A stretch of 64,000 nucleotides of DNA from Halobacteriales archaeon QS_4_62_28 (GCA_003021685.1 PXRO01000006.1:6377-70376); one strand, 5' to 3'; positions 48,883-59,492 are shown, counted from the first letter of the stretch. Translations and numbers: made by a program. The notes: generated from the letters alone by a model not told the origin.

Positions 48883-49787
48883 TCCTCACCGTAACCTACA
48901 ACCCAGCAGTCGACCAGACGATCACGTTCGACGAACCACTGGAACCGGAGGTAGTGAACCGCGCGACCGATGCACGGTTCGATGCCGGCGGTAAAGGTAT
49001 CAACGTCTCGCAGTTCCTCACGGAGATGGGCACCGAGACCCTCGCGACCGGCCTGCTGGGTGGCTTCACCGGAACGTTCATCACCGACCAGTTAGCCGAC
49101 GCGTCGATCCCGACCGACTTCGTCGAACTGGACGAACCGACACGACTCAACACGACCGCACTCGCGGCCGGGACCGAGTACAAGATGAACCAGAACGGCC
49201 CGTCAGTCGGTGCCGATGTGGTCGAGGACCTCGTGGCGACGATTGCCGACCGCGACCCGGACCGCGTCCTCGTCGGTGGGAGTTTGCCCCCGGGACTCAC
49301 GACTGACGCCATCGACCGGGTCACGTCGGCCGGGTCCTGGCAGACCGCAGTCGACGTGAGCGGGGACCTCCTCCGGGAACTCTCCGCCGAGTACGCGCTG
49401 TGCAAGCCAAACCGCGAGGAACTGGCCGAGGCGACGGACATGGCCGTCGAGACCATCGAAGCGTGTGCGACGGCCGCAGCGTCGTTCCGAAACCAAGGAT
49501 TCGAGCGCGTCGTCGCCTCGCTCGGCCCTGACGGGGCAGTGCTGGCCGGACCTGACGGCGTCGTCCACGCTAAACCGCCGGAAGTGGACGTGGTCGATAC
49601 GGTCGGTGCTGGCGATGCACTGCTCTCTGGCGTTCTGGCCGCACTCGAACGGGGCGATAGCGACGAACTCGCGCTTGCGACCGGTGTGACTGTCGCCGCC
49701 CACGTCGTCGAACAGGCCGGCACTGGTGTACCCGCCCTCGATAGTGTCTTCGAGGAACGAACCGCCGTCGAAACGCGCTGGCTGTAG
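48879..49787 (+). CDS. pfkB: 1-phosphofructokinase
   Basis: MILTVTYNPAVD, GGKGINVS, KPNREEL, DTVGAGD. Confidence 0.88.
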   Translation: MILTVTYNPAVDQTITFDEPLEPEVVNRATDARFDAGGKGINVSQFLTEMGTETLATGLLGGFTGTFITDQLADASIPTDFVELDEPTRLNTTALAAGTEYKMNQNGPSVGADVVEDLVATIADRDPDRVLVGGSLPPGLTTDAIDRVTSAGSWQTAVDVSGDLLRELSAEYALCKPNREELAEATDMAVETIEACATAAASFRNQGFERVVASLGPDGAVLAGPDGVVHAKPPEVDVVDTVGAGDALLSGVLAALERGDSDELALATGVTVAAHVVEQAGTGVPALDSVFEERTAVETRWL

Positions 49788-49836
49788 TGCGGGCTACCGG
49801 TACGGTCGATAGCAAAAACGGACGGCGGTCAGCGAT

Positions 49837-50967
49837 TCACTCGCTGCCGTCGAACTTCGCTTCGTAGCTCTCGATGAAGGCAGTGACGCGCTCGATGGAC
49901 GGTGGCTCGCCGTGGCGAACGAATGCCCCGGCAACGGCGTTGCCGACGACGACAGCGCCCGCAGGGTCGACACCGGCGACCAGTGCCAGCGCCAGACCGG
50001 CGTTGAAGTGGTCGCCCGAACTCGTCGTCAGTTCGGGGTCGTCGACCGATGGGACTGCGACGCTGGTCGTACCCTCGGGCGTCACGACGAGCGACCGATC
50101 GATGCCATGCGAGACGAACAGCGAGATGTCGAGCGTCTCGAAGACGACTTCGGCCTGCCGCTCGATAGACTCGCCCTCGACATCGGCGTCGGTCTCTGCG
50201 AGGAGTTGCGTCTCCACGCGGTTGGCCGAGACGACGACGCTTGCTACTTCGTTGAGCCGTCCAATTGCGGCCTTCCCCTTCTGGAGGCGTTCGCCATCGA
50301 GTTTGCGCACGTCGCCAGGGTCGACCAGCACTGTCTCCGGCGGGTCGGCGACGTCGCCCCAGAGTTCGGCGAGGCCGTCGAACACGTCCGGGAGGTCCGG
50401 CGTCTCTGCCCAGTACCCGGTCCCGAGCAACGCGGCACCATCGAGGCTGGTCCGGAGTGTCTCGCGGTCGACTGTTTCGCACAGTCGTTCCCAGTCCAGT
50501 TCCATGGTATCGCCGTTCTCGATGAGCATCAGTTTGCCGTCGTTGAACTCGACGGCGTCGGTAGACCCCGGCTCACCGAGGGTGTGCAGGTCGTACTCGC
50601 CGAACTCTTCGGCGAAGACGTCCAGTATCGGATCGCCGTACATTCCGATCATTACCGGATCGAAACCCCAGTGGCCGAAGGCGCGACCGAGGTGACTCGT
50701 GTGTCCACCCGTTCGGGTGCCGTCCTGGAGCCACTCGAACGACAGCGAGCTATCGGCGGCGACGGAGGCCTGCACGCGGTCGCCATAGTCGGCAAGCGTG
50801 TCCAGTCGGTCGTAAGTCTCGGGATCGCTGCGGTCTGCGACGACTTTGCGGACGTTGTCGACGTAGCCATCGAAACCGAAGACCACGCGGTCCGCTGGTG
50901 GTGTTTCGGGCAACTGTGCGCGTGCGCTCGCAACTGCGCGGGCAGTTTCGTCGTCGAACGTACTCAT
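49837..50967 (-). CDS. Divergent PfkB-family carbohydrate kinase (candidate ketohexokinase)
   Basis: GFDGYVD, RTGGH, EFNDGKLML, TTSSGDHFNAG. Confidence 0.7.
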   Translation of the reverse strand: MSTFDDETARAVASARAQLPETPPADRVVFGFDGYVDNVRKVVADRSDPETYDRLDTLADYGDRVQASVAADSSLSFEWLQDGTRTGGHTSHLGRAFGHWGFDPVMIGMYGDPILDVFAEEFGEYDLHTLGEPGSTDAVEFNDGKLMLIENGDTMELDWERLCETVDRETLRTSLDGAALLGTGYWAETPDLPDVFDGLAELWGDVADPPETVLVDPGDVRKLDGERLQKGKAAIGRLNEVASVVVSANRVETQLLAETDADVEGESIERQAEVVFETLDISLFVSHGIDRSLVVTPEGTTSVAVPSVDDPELTTSSGDHFNAGLALALVAGVDPAGAVVVGNAVAGAFVRHGEPPSIERVTAFIESYEAKFDGSE

Positions 50968-50991
50968 GATATGGGCCTCGTCGTCCGGCCT

Positions 50992-51774
50992 TTAGAGTAC
51001 TTCGTCCGCGCTTGCCTCCTCGAAGACGACCGCTTCGAGTTTGTCGAGAATGGCGTAGGGGTCGTCGCGCTGCCAGACGTTGCGGCCGACGGCCAGTCCC
51101 GAGACGCCGGCGTCGATGCAGGACGCGACCAGTTCGAGGAACTCTCGATCCGAGGTCTTCGATCCGCCAGAGAGGAGGACGTTCGTCCCGGCGGCGGCGT
51201 CGACGGCGTGGGCCATCGCGTCCTGACTGCGTGGGTACTTGACCTTCGCGAAGTCAGCGCCCAGTTCCAGGGCGATGCGGGCAGCGTAGGCGATCGTATC
51301 GCGGTCGCGGTGTTCCTTGATCGCCTGGCCGCGCGGGTAGGACCACATCGCAATCGGGAGGCCGTGCTCGCGGGCCTGCTCCTGGACCGGCCGGAAGTCC
51401 TCGAACATCTCCGGTTCCTTGTTGACGCCGGGATAGATGGTGTATCCGATGGCGTCGGCACCGAGTTCGGCCGCGTACTCGACCGACCAGTTCTGGGGCG
51501 AGTACGGTTCGCCCATCCAGAGGTCTGAGCCGCCGTTGAGCTTTGCCAGCAGATTCACGTCGTCGTCGTAGCTCGGGTAGTAGGTCTCTGTCAGCCCTTT
51601 CCCGACTGCGAGCGCCGTCACGGCGTCGTGGGTCGCCATGTCGAACGCTTCCGTCGGGTCGAGGCGTTCCTCGACGCCACTGAACTGCTTGGGACCGTGT
51701 TCGAGTCCGTGGTCGTGGGCGAGCACAATCGTCTTTCCGTCCCTGACAAGTGGGGAGTCATTACTGACTTGCAT
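50992..51774 (-). CDS. fba: Class I (archaeal/DhnA-type) fructose-bisphosphate aldolase
   Basis: AHDHGLEHGP, WSYPRG, ELGADFAKVKY (Schiff-base Lys), SGG, GRNVWQ. Confidence 0.9.
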   Translation of the reverse strand: MQVSNDSPLVRDGKTIVLAHDHGLEHGPKQFSGVEERLDPTEAFDMATHDAVTALAVGKGLTETYYPSYDDDVNLLAKLNGGSDLWMGEPYSPQNWSVEYAAELGADAIGYTIYPGVNKEPEMFEDFRPVQEQAREHGLPIAMWSYPRGQAIKEHRDRDTIAYAARIALELGADFAKVKYPRSQDAMAHAVDAAAGTNVLLSGGSKTSDREFLELVASCIDAGVSGLAVGRNVWQRDDPYAILDKLEAVVFEEASADEVL

Positions 51775-51872
51775 GGAAAGACGTTCTCCCGACGATCACA
51801 AAGCGCTTTCGAATATGATTGTTTCGTATTGTTTCCGTTCGATTGTGTGCCGTTCGGCTCCTGAACCAGTTC

Positions 51873-52322
51873 TCACGCGGTGTTCTGGCTGCTGGCCAGT
51901 TCACAGATGGCGTTCCAGCGGCCACTGGCTTCGATTTTCTCTTGCAGGCGTTCGCAGTACTCCGTCGCGAGTGTTTCGGCTTCGTCGAGCCGCTTGTCAG
52001 AGCCGCCACCGCCCAGGCCCAGTGCCTCCTTGACACCATTCAGGATACCGCCCGAGCTACTGGTCGACTTCCCGCCACCACCGCCCATCGGCCCCTGCTG
52101 GGCGACCCGGTCGAGTTCGGGCATGATCGTGGGCAGGTTCGACGTGTCCGGGACGATCTGTGCTTCATCGGGGTCCTCGGGATGCTCGATTTCGAATTCC
52201 AGGGCGGTCATCACGAGACTCCATTGCTGGTTGGAAAACGAAGACGCTGTCACGCGGTCGGTGAACTCGTTGTCCAGTTGCATCCGTTCGGCGGCGATCG
52301 AACTAGTCCAGTCCTCGTCCAT
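51873..52322 (-). CDS. Conserved haloarchaeal hypothetical protein
   Basis: W...I.AERM..D.EF, FSNQQWSLVMTA, Gly-rich linker. Confidence 0.7.
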   Translation of the reverse strand: MDEDWTSSIAAERMQLDNEFTDRVTASSFSNQQWSLVMTALEFEIEHPEDPDEAQIVPDTSNLPTIMPELDRVAQQGPMGGGGGKSTSSSGGILNGVKEALGLGGGGSDKRLDEAETLATEYCERLQEKIEASGRWNAICELASSQNTA

Positions 52323-52391
52323 GACGGATCGTTCGGGGGGCCGCTGTATCAGCCTTTCCCGACCATAGCGACAATGACGGGCCGAACGCGT

Positions 52392-52790
52392 CTAGAGGGC
52401 GCTGTCCTGAACGCTGATATCGGCGTGGAGTCCCTCGCGGAGCGCCGAGTGGACGTGACAGATTTCCTCGCCGAGGGACACGATCTCGTCGATGTCGTCG
52501 CCGAGGTCTGCTTCGACGTGGATGTCGAAGGAGATGGCCGAGAGGTCGTCGTCATCGTCGATGTCGGCCTCGACGTGGACTTCGACCGTCCCGATGTCGT
52601 CGTAGCCGTTCTTGTCGGCGGCCACGCGGAACGCCGGGATGTAACAGGAGGCGTAATCGGCGGCAAGTACCTGATTGGGATCCGGACCGTCCTCACTGAG
52701 TGCGTCGACGACCAGTTCCCACTCGTCGTCGATGACGTTGCTTGTCGTGAACCCTTCCTCGCACGTACTGGTGACTTCGATATCTGCCAT
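52392..52790 (-). CDS. OsmC/Ohr family protein
   Basis: GPDP...ADYASC, ICHVHSAL two-Cys pattern. Confidence 0.85.
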   Translation of the reverse strand: MADIEVTSTCEEGFTTSNVIDDEWELVVDALSEDGPDPNQVLAADYASCYIPAFRVAADKNGYDDIGTVEVHVEADIDDDDDLSAISFDIHVEADLGDDIDEIVSLGEEICHVHSALREGLHADISVQDSAL

Positions 52791-52906
52791 TGCAGTCGGG
52801 GGATCGAACGCCTCCACCCTAAACGTTGGTTCTCGTGCAAACCGATGGGGGTTCGTTCGATGCTCGTCACCGGATTTTAAAGACGGTGGCGACCGAACCG
52901 GCCGGT

Positions 52907-53806
52907 ATGGCACGATCTGTTGGGTTCATCGGTCTCGGCGCGATGGGCGAGCCGATGGCGTGGAATCTGGCCGACGCGGGCTTCGATCTGGTCGTCTACA
53001 ACCGGACGACTGAGAGAGAGCGCCCCTTCGCGGAGGCCGGTATCAGTGTCGCCGACTCACCGGAACACCTGGTCAAGCGCGTCGACGTGGTCTGTCTGAT
53101 GGTCTCGGACGGTGACGCCGTGACAGAGGTTCTGGAGCGGGAGTTCGGCGTCCTCGACGGGATCGACGAGTCCACAACGCTAATCCAGATGAGCACGGTC
53201 GGGCGCGACGAGACGATGGCAGCGGCAACTGCCGTCACGGACGCCGGCGGGCAGTTCCTCGATTGCCCGGTCTCCGGAACGGTCGGTCCCGCCCGCGAGG
53301 GCACGCTCGTCGGTCTGGCGGGTGGCGACGACGCGGTCATCGACGACGTGGACCCGGTGCTCGAAGCGATGTGTGACCCCGTCGTCCGCTGTGGCGAGGT
53401 CGGTCAGGGGACGAGCATGAAACTATTCATCAACCTCCTTCTCGGGGATCTGATGGGTGCCTTCGCTGAAGCGCTGACTTTCGGTGTCAGCACCGACCTG
53501 GCTATCGAGGATATGCTCACCGTCGTCGAGAACGGCGCGGTCGACTCGCCGCTGTTTACCGCCAAGGGCCAACAGATCAGCGAGGGCGACTACGACCCCC
53601 GGTTCCCGGTCGACTACCAGTTCAAGGACCTCGATCTCGCGCTGGATCTGGCGAGTGACGAACGCGTCCCGATGTCCGTCACGGCCGCTGCTCGTGAACT
53701 GTTCAGTGGCGCACGCGCCGACGATCACGGTGACGAAGACATGGCCGCGGTGATCAAATATCTCGCCGAGACGGCCGATGTCGATCCGTCTGCTTCGGAC
53801 GAGTAG
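52907..53806 (+). CDS. Beta-hydroxyacid dehydrogenase (3-hydroxyisobutyrate/6PGD family)
   Basis: GFIGLGAMG, YNRT, DCPVSG, KL-IN, KDL-LA. Confidence 0.88.
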   Translation: MARSVGFIGLGAMGEPMAWNLADAGFDLVVYNRTTERERPFAEAGISVADSPEHLVKRVDVVCLMVSDGDAVTEVLEREFGVLDGIDESTTLIQMSTVGRDETMAAATAVTDAGGQFLDCPVSGTVGPAREGTLVGLAGGDDAVIDDVDPVLEAMCDPVVRCGEVGQGTSMKLFINLLLGDLMGAFAEALTFGVSTDLAIEDMLTVVENGAVDSPLFTAKGQQISEGDYDPRFPVDYQFKDLDLALDLASDERVPMSVTAAARELFSGARADDHGDEDMAAVIKYLAETADVDPSASDE

Positions 53807-54520
53807 CTACAGGTCGACAGTCTCGTCGCCGTCGAGGACCCGAACGTCGGTGTCGCTGCCGGTCGCTTTGACTTCTCTCCTGAAGTCCTCGGGGTCCTGT
53901 TCGATCGGTGGGAACGTATCGTAATGCATCGGGAGCGCGTGGTCGACGCCGAGCCAATCGACGGCGATTGCCGCCTGCATCGGTCCCATCGTGAAGTGAT
54001 CGCCAATCGGTACCGCCGCGGCGTCCGGTTCCAGGTACGGTCCGATCACTTCCCGCATCTCGGTCATCAGACCGGTGTCGCCGGCGTGGTAGAACGTCGT
54101 CGACTCCGTCTCTGAAACCTGCGTCGGTTCCGTATCCGAGATGATGAACCCGGCCGGCATCCCGCCGCCGGTCGACCCGTAGGACGTTTCCATCCCACTG
54201 GTGTGGTCGGCCCGATGCATCGTCACGTACGCGTCACCGAGTTCGACGGTGCCACCGAGGTTGAACCCGACTGTGTCGTCGATACCGTAATTGTCCTCGC
54301 AGTATCCGACGAGTTCCGGGAGTCCCGCGATGGTCGCTCCCTGGAACCGGTCGACATCTGCGATGTGGTCCATGTGGCCGTGAGTGAGGAGGACGTATTC
54401 GGCATGGACTTCCTCCGGGTCCAGGTCCGTCTTCGGATTGTCGAAGAACGGATCGATGAGCAACGATGTGTCCCCGACAGCGACGTGCCACGTCGAATGA
54501 CCGTGCCAAGTGAGTTCCAT
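53807..54520 (-). CDS. UPF0173-type metal-dependent hydrolase (MBL fold)
   Basis: [37 protein letters not shown]. Confidence 0.9.
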   Translation of the reverse strand: MELTWHGHSTWHVAVGDTSLLIDPFFDNPKTDLDPEEVHAEYVLLTHGHMDHIADVDRFQGATIAGLPELVGYCEDNYGIDDTVGFNLGGTVELGDAYVTMHRADHTSGMETSYGSTGGGMPAGFIISDTEPTQVSETESTTFYHAGDTGLMTEMREVIGPYLEPDAAAVPIGDHFTMGPMQAAIAVDWLGVDHALPMHYDTFPPIEQDPEDFRREVKATGSDTDVRVLDGDETVDL

Positions 54521-54627
54521 GATTCATCGAACGCTACTCGTGGCTGTGACTTAAGCGTGTAGTCGGGCGATATATTTTCCAGGCCGAAACCGATCACCCC
54601 AAGAATCGTTCACGGACGGACATCGTA

Positions 54628-54765
54628 TCAATCGTCGTCTGTCGCCTCATCCTCGCGCCGTTCGCTCAGGTGTTCCCAGATCTCGGTGCAACCACAGCCG
54701 TCTTCGACAGAGTCGAGATGGTCCGTCGTCGATTCGATTTGTTTACTCAAGATGTGAGTAACCAT
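54628..54765 (-). CDS. Small 45-aa CGC-motif protein missing from the ORF track
   Basis: MVTHILSKQIESTTDHLDSVEDGCGCTEIWEHLSERREDEATDDD. Confidence 0.65.
   Translation of the reverse strand: MVTHILSKQIESTTDHLDSVEDGCGCTEIWEHLSERREDEATDDD
54743..54761. promoter_or_regulatory. Palindrome matching the haloarchaeal TrmB motif TACT-N7/8-GAGTA
   Basis: TTACTCA-AGATG-TGAGTAA. Confidence 0.6.
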
Positions 54766-54827
54766 GTGTGGCCGACGACAAATACGTTTCGGCCGGTTTT
54801 TATATCGTTCGCGGCGGAGTGTCGACT

Positions 54828-55688
54828 ATGGGCGACGGGGCCGAGGATATCTTCGACCTATTCGGACTGACGGAATACGAAGAGACGGCACTGACCGAAC
54901 TGCTTCGTCTCGGACAGACGACAGCACCGAACCTGGCCGAAGCAACAGGGGTTCCGAAGGCCCGTATTTACGGCGTCCTCGACGCGCTCTCGGACCGTGG
55001 TTTCCTCAAGATCGTCCCCGGCCGGCCCAAGGAGTATCAGGCCAAGCCGCCGGCAGAGATTCTGGACCGTGCAACGGAAAACCAGCGCCAGTCCTACGAG
55101 GAGTTCGAGACCGCCGTCGAACAGCGCCGAGACGCGTTCCTCTCGGAGTACGAACCCCGCTACGAGCGAGCGAGTGCGTCCATCTCTCCGGCCGCGGAAC
55201 TCTTCCACGTCGTCGACGTCGGCGAACCAAGCGAGCGAGAGACCCGCCACATCTACGAGCAGGCCACGGAGCGGGTCGTCGTCATCTCGAAAGCCTTCGA
55301 GTACTTCGACGCCGTCCGACCGGCGTTCGAATCTGCGCTCGAACGAGACATTGATATCTCTGTCCTTCTGTTAGCGCCGGATCACCTCTCGGCGGAGAAC
55401 CGCGAGATACAGTCCGAAGTTGTGGGCGAACTCGGGGGATATGACGATGTGGATATTCGTTTCAGTACCGAGCGACTCCCCTGGCGGGGAACGTTCGCCG
55501 ATCCGAGCATGGATTACGACAGCGGCACTGCGATCCTGCTGGTTCAGGAAGATGAGATTCCCAATCACATGCGCCAGGCCGCTATTACGGAGAACGGTGC
55601 GTTCGTCGCTGGGTTGAAGCGATACTTCGATCTAGCCTGGGAGTACGAGAGTGACTCGCTGCCAGAGGTAAGGTCATTTGAGGAATAG
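54828..55688 (+). CDS. TrmB-family regulator at the border of a glycosylation island
   Basis: GLTEYE, TTAPNLAEATGVPKARIYGVL, GRPKEY. Confidence 0.85.
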   Translation: MGDGAEDIFDLFGLTEYEETALTELLRLGQTTAPNLAEATGVPKARIYGVLDALSDRGFLKIVPGRPKEYQAKPPAEILDRATENQRQSYEEFETAVEQRRDAFLSEYEPRYERASASISPAAELFHVVDVGEPSERETRHIYEQATERVVVISKAFEYFDAVRPAFESALERDIDISVLLLAPDHLSAENREIQSEVVGELGGYDDVDIRFSTERLPWRGTFADPSMDYDSGTAILLVQEDEIPNHMRQAAITENGAFVAGLKRYFDLAWEYESDSLPEVRSFEE

Positions 55689-55762
55689 CTGTTCTTTAGA
55701 AGGAAAATCCACTTTTGATAGAGATCACGGAGTATATATTGTTCCCAGTGAGACGAACAAGC

Positions 55763-56881
55763 ATGCGTGTCCTCTATCTTACTGAGGAGGCCATCTCCTT
55801 TTCAGGTGCGATGGTCCGAGGAGGCGCAATTCACGTCCGCAACGTTGTTAACGGGCTTCGTGAGCGGGGTCACAACGTTACTCTGCTTGATTGGAGCGAC
55901 ACGTCAGAACGTCCGTTTCAGATATCGGTGGCTCCACGGAGCCGGTTCGTTGAGGGCCCGTTCAGGACATTTGTCCGTGCAGTCGAGTTCGGACGTCGGC
56001 AGTCCGTCGATGTGATCATCTCGAAGACCCGAAAAACCTATTTCCCGGGACTGGTCGCAGCACGACGGTTGGGGGTTCCCCACGTCGTCCACGTTGGTTC
56101 GAGTCTTGATCCACCCGTCGACAGCATCCTTTCTCGTTTAAATCTTGAATCTTTCGTGGCGCGGTTGCGGGCACCGCACGATGCTTATTTTGTCGTCTGT
56201 GACCATATCGGCTCACAACTACCGGAACAGGGAGTTGACACCGGTCATATATTTAACGTGCGCAATGCGGTCGATATCGAACGCTTTCATCCTACAACTG
56301 TCCCCACCTCTCTCGCTGACCGGTTCCAGACACCTATCGACCAGCTGAACGGCACACACATTTTGGGATTTGTCGGCGGTCTCCAACCCTACAAAGGTCT
56401 TGAGGACCTGGCGGCTGCGCTTGATCGAGTTGAGGCCGACTGCCACCTCTTGGTGGCCGGAGATGGTCCCGAACGCAATCGACTTGAACGCCGTTTCGAC
56501 GAGCGAGCAAGATTCCTAGGGGCGGTCCCCTACGACCAGATCCCAGCGCTCTACCACGAGTTCGACACGTTCGTTCTCCCCTCCCACACCGAGGGGCTGC
56601 CCCGAGTCATCCTCGAAGCGCAGGCAACTGCGACGCCCGTGATAGCGACTCGGGTCGGTGGCGTCCCCGAGGTCGTCAACAATGGTGAGACTGGACTACT
56701 CTGTGACACGCAGGACTCCGATGCACTCGCTACTGCCATCGACCGGTTGGCCGCCGACCCGACCGAGGGTAAACGCCTGGGTGAGGCCGGTCGCGATGCC
56801 ATTAGCGAGACTTACTCTTGGGACTCGCTCTACGGCAGGTACGAACAGTTCCTGACGGAGGTTGTCGATGTCTATGGATGA
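55763..56881 (+). CDS. GT4 glycosyltransferase
   Basis: NAVD..RF, KG, GDGP, PSHTEGLPRVILEA (Ex7E). Confidence 0.9.
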   Translation: MRVLYLTEEAISFSGAMVRGGAIHVRNVVNGLRERGHNVTLLDWSDTSERPFQISVAPRSRFVEGPFRTFVRAVEFGRRQSVDVIISKTRKTYFPGLVAARRLGVPHVVHVGSSLDPPVDSILSRLNLESFVARLRAPHDAYFVVCDHIGSQLPEQGVDTGHIFNVRNAVDIERFHPTTVPTSLADRFQTPIDQLNGTHILGFVGGLQPYKGLEDLAAALDRVEADCHLLVAGDGPERNRLERRFDERARFLGAVPYDQIPALYHEFDTFVLPSHTEGLPRVILEAQATATPVIATRVGGVPEVVNNGETGLLCDTQDSDALATAIDRLAADPTEGKRLGEAGRDAISETYSWDSLYGRYEQFLTEVVDVYG

Positions 56882-58514
56882 GGACGATTCAGATTCGGAT
56901 ATTGATGGCAATATCGACCCTGAATCGAATGACGATGCGTCCGGTAGCCAGACAGACAACGTCGTGAGCGATAACGAGACTGGTGTAGGGACAGATCAGG
57001 CTATCCGCGACATAGTCAAAGGAGCCGGCGTAGTGTACGGTGGCCTCGTCGTCGAGATCGTCGTCGCTTTCCTCGCGCAGGTATTGGCGGCACAGTATCT
57101 CTCTGTCAGCGACTTCGGGGGGGTTACCACGGGCGTAGCACTGCTTAACATCGGGGCCATCGTCGGATCACTTGGTCTCGGCCGCGGAATGACCCGGTAC
57201 TTTCCACGCGTTGGGCGCGACAAGCGTGGACAAATCGCCAGAGGGGCTTACTTGTTATCGATCCCAGTAGGCCTCGTAGTTGGCGCGCTGGTGACATTCA
57301 ATGCCGAGTTTATTGCTTCTTCGGTGTTGGGGGACCCGACTATCAGCCCTAGCGTTCGCATCTTCGGCGCAGCCATTCCATTCGCTTCGACACTCCACGT
57401 AACTATCGGCGCTATCAGAGGGCAAAAAGTCTCGCAGTACCGAGTATACATCGAAAACATCCTCCGCCCTGTTGTCAGGTTCAGTCTCGTCATTACTGCT
57501 GTTCTCTGGGGGGCTGATCAGGCAGGATTTGCGAGCGCGTACGCCGTTCCGTATGTTGTCGGCGCGATCTTTGCTCTTGTTCTACTCTTTCGGTCACTCC
57601 CTGAAACTACCGACGACTGGTCTATTGACATCACCTTGACTCGGGATGTTTTACGGTACTCCCTCCCGTTTATTATGTCCCGCGCATCCGGGTTCGTTTA
57701 TCGTAGTGCGGATATTTTTCTCATCATCTACTATCTTGATAGTGGTGCTGTCGGAATTTATGGGGTCGCCTACGCGGCAGCACGGTTATTGAATCTATTC
57801 TCGACCGCCTTCAATTTCCTCGGCGCACCGGTCTCCTCGGAGCTAGAGTCTGGTGGCGGCATTGGTGAGGCCGTCAAGGTAAACCGCTTGATGTTGCGGT
57901 GGCTAACCATTATCTCTATCCCAGCATTAGTTCCATTCTTGTTTTTCCCAGGAGAATTTATTTCTGCTATCTACGGGGTGCGGTACGCCGACGGAGCGAT
58001 GGCACTGACCATCCTCGCCGTTGGGTTCGCAATCCACAATGTTCTAAGCGCCCAGGGAAGCATTCTTGAAGCACTTGGACGTTCACGGCTCATCGCATTC
58101 AACTCCGTGGTGAGTGCGGTGACAAACGTCGGAATTAACATTGTGTTAATCCCACAGATTGGTATTGAGGGTGCGGCCATAGCGACGGTTGCTTCCTACC
58201 TTCTCATGGATCTGCTATTGGTCATGGAGGTACGGTACCTGACTAACTCGAACCTGCTGACTCGCAAAGTCCTCGCCCCGATGTTGCTCGCCGTTCCTTT
58301 GCTTGCTGTAACCTGGTTGCTCTCACCTCGTATCCCCGGAACGCTGCCATGGCTTGTGGTCCTTGGTATTGTGTTCACCGCTATTTACTTACTCGCTATC
58401 ACCCTTGTTCTCGGTGTTGAGACAAAAGAGGTGATGCTCGTCAAATCTGTTGAGGAGCAGTATGGTGTGGACCTCGGTCCTATCACTTGGATTGCGAAAC
58501 GCTTCTCGAGATGA
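56868..58514 (+). CDS. Wzx/MATE-like oligosaccharide flippase
   Basis: ~13-14 TM segments, G-YGVA, N..LIP.IGIEGAAIAT. Confidence 0.88.
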   Translation: MSMDEDDSDSDIDGNIDPESNDDASGSQTDNVVSDNETGVGTDQAIRDIVKGAGVVYGGLVVEIVVAFLAQVLAAQYLSVSDFGGVTTGVALLNIGAIVGSLGLGRGMTRYFPRVGRDKRGQIARGAYLLSIPVGLVVGALVTFNAEFIASSVLGDPTISPSVRIFGAAIPFASTLHVTIGAIRGQKVSQYRVYIENILRPVVRFSLVITAVLWGADQAGFASAYAVPYVVGAIFALVLLFRSLPETTDDWSIDITLTRDVLRYSLPFIMSRASGFVYRSADIFLIIYYLDSGAVGIYGVAYAAARLLNLFSTAFNFLGAPVSSELESGGGIGEAVKVNRLMLRWLTIISIPALVPFLFFPGEFISAIYGVRYADGAMALTILAVGFAIHNVLSAQGSILEALGRSRLIAFNSVVSAVTNVGINIVLIPQIGIEGAAIATVASYLLMDLLLVMEVRYLTNSNLLTRKVLAPMLLAVPLLAVTWLLSPRIPGTLPWLVVLGIVFTAIYLLAITLVLGVETKEVMLVKSVEEQYGVDLGPITWIAKRFSR

Positions 58515-58734
58515 TTGAATCGCGGTTGACGTATCCCGGGTTTTCTTAATCGGCACTTTGCATATTTGACTGCTTAAAAATTTTATATACAAATATAGCT
58601 GTTAGATGTTTATGATCGTCGAATCATTCTATAAAATGCAGTTTAGTCCCTACCTCTCTAGGTAACGTTTCTTCATCTAATGCTTGATTAGGTGGGTGTC
58701 GGTTGTATACCGGTGGATGTAAATAATGATACAT

Positions 58735-59430
58735 TCAGCCCGGGGGCCGTGACGGCTGAGAAGTATCAAGCGTTCCGTCCACCGGTATAGGAAGATTTGG
58801 ACCGTCAGAGCCAGTGTTTCACGCTTTGTTGGCTGCCCCGCCAGAACGAGTGGAAGCGGTCAATGCGCATGGTGACGGTCTGGAACCACCTTTTGATGTA
58901 GTTCAGGTATTCATAGTTGGGATGGCCGCTCAATTTGTAACGAACGCGGCCAGTCAGATAGCCGGCAGCATCAACGAGAAGTTCCGTATTGGAAATATCT
59001 TTTTTCCAGTGAACCGACGTGGAAACGTCGCCCCCGGAAGCATTCTAATTCCGATATTCGAACAAGAGCGTCGCTTTCGTTCACTCTATGGGGTCAGTCC
59101 TGAGGCAACTGAACACCGCTACCTCCAAGAACCACTTCTCCTCGTCATTGACTTCGACTCGTTTCTCATCAACTGCGCCCCGCGAATGCGCCGCAGTCGG
59201 GGGCTAGCTCTAGTATTCGGCGAGAATCTCTTTTCAGTACCAGATGATTTGATAACAGTGATTGACACCTAACCAGGCCAAGACAGTCGCAACTTCACGC
59301 AACGGTAATCACATTGAATGAAGTCGAACAGCGAAACAACGGACGGATGTTGGTGGTGCTCGTTCTCTTGAGCGTCTTGATTGTTTACGTATAACCATTT
59401 TCCATTTTTTAGCAGGTCTTCAACTGTCAT
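58735..59430 (-). mobile_element. Degenerate IS6-family transposase (pseudogene)
   Basis: Minus-strand fragments FAVRLHS, AVDEK, LVDAAGYLT, WFQTVTMRIDRFHSFWRGS with stops and frameshifts. Confidence 0.8.
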
Positions 59431-59492
59431 AGATACCATTCCCTACAACCTATTTGTTTCTCAAACAGTTCAAATAAATAGTGTTGGTTGAT

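Noticed and set aside
58814-59272. 152-aa plus-strand ORF
   Set aside because: Antisense shadow of the IS6 transposase remnant.
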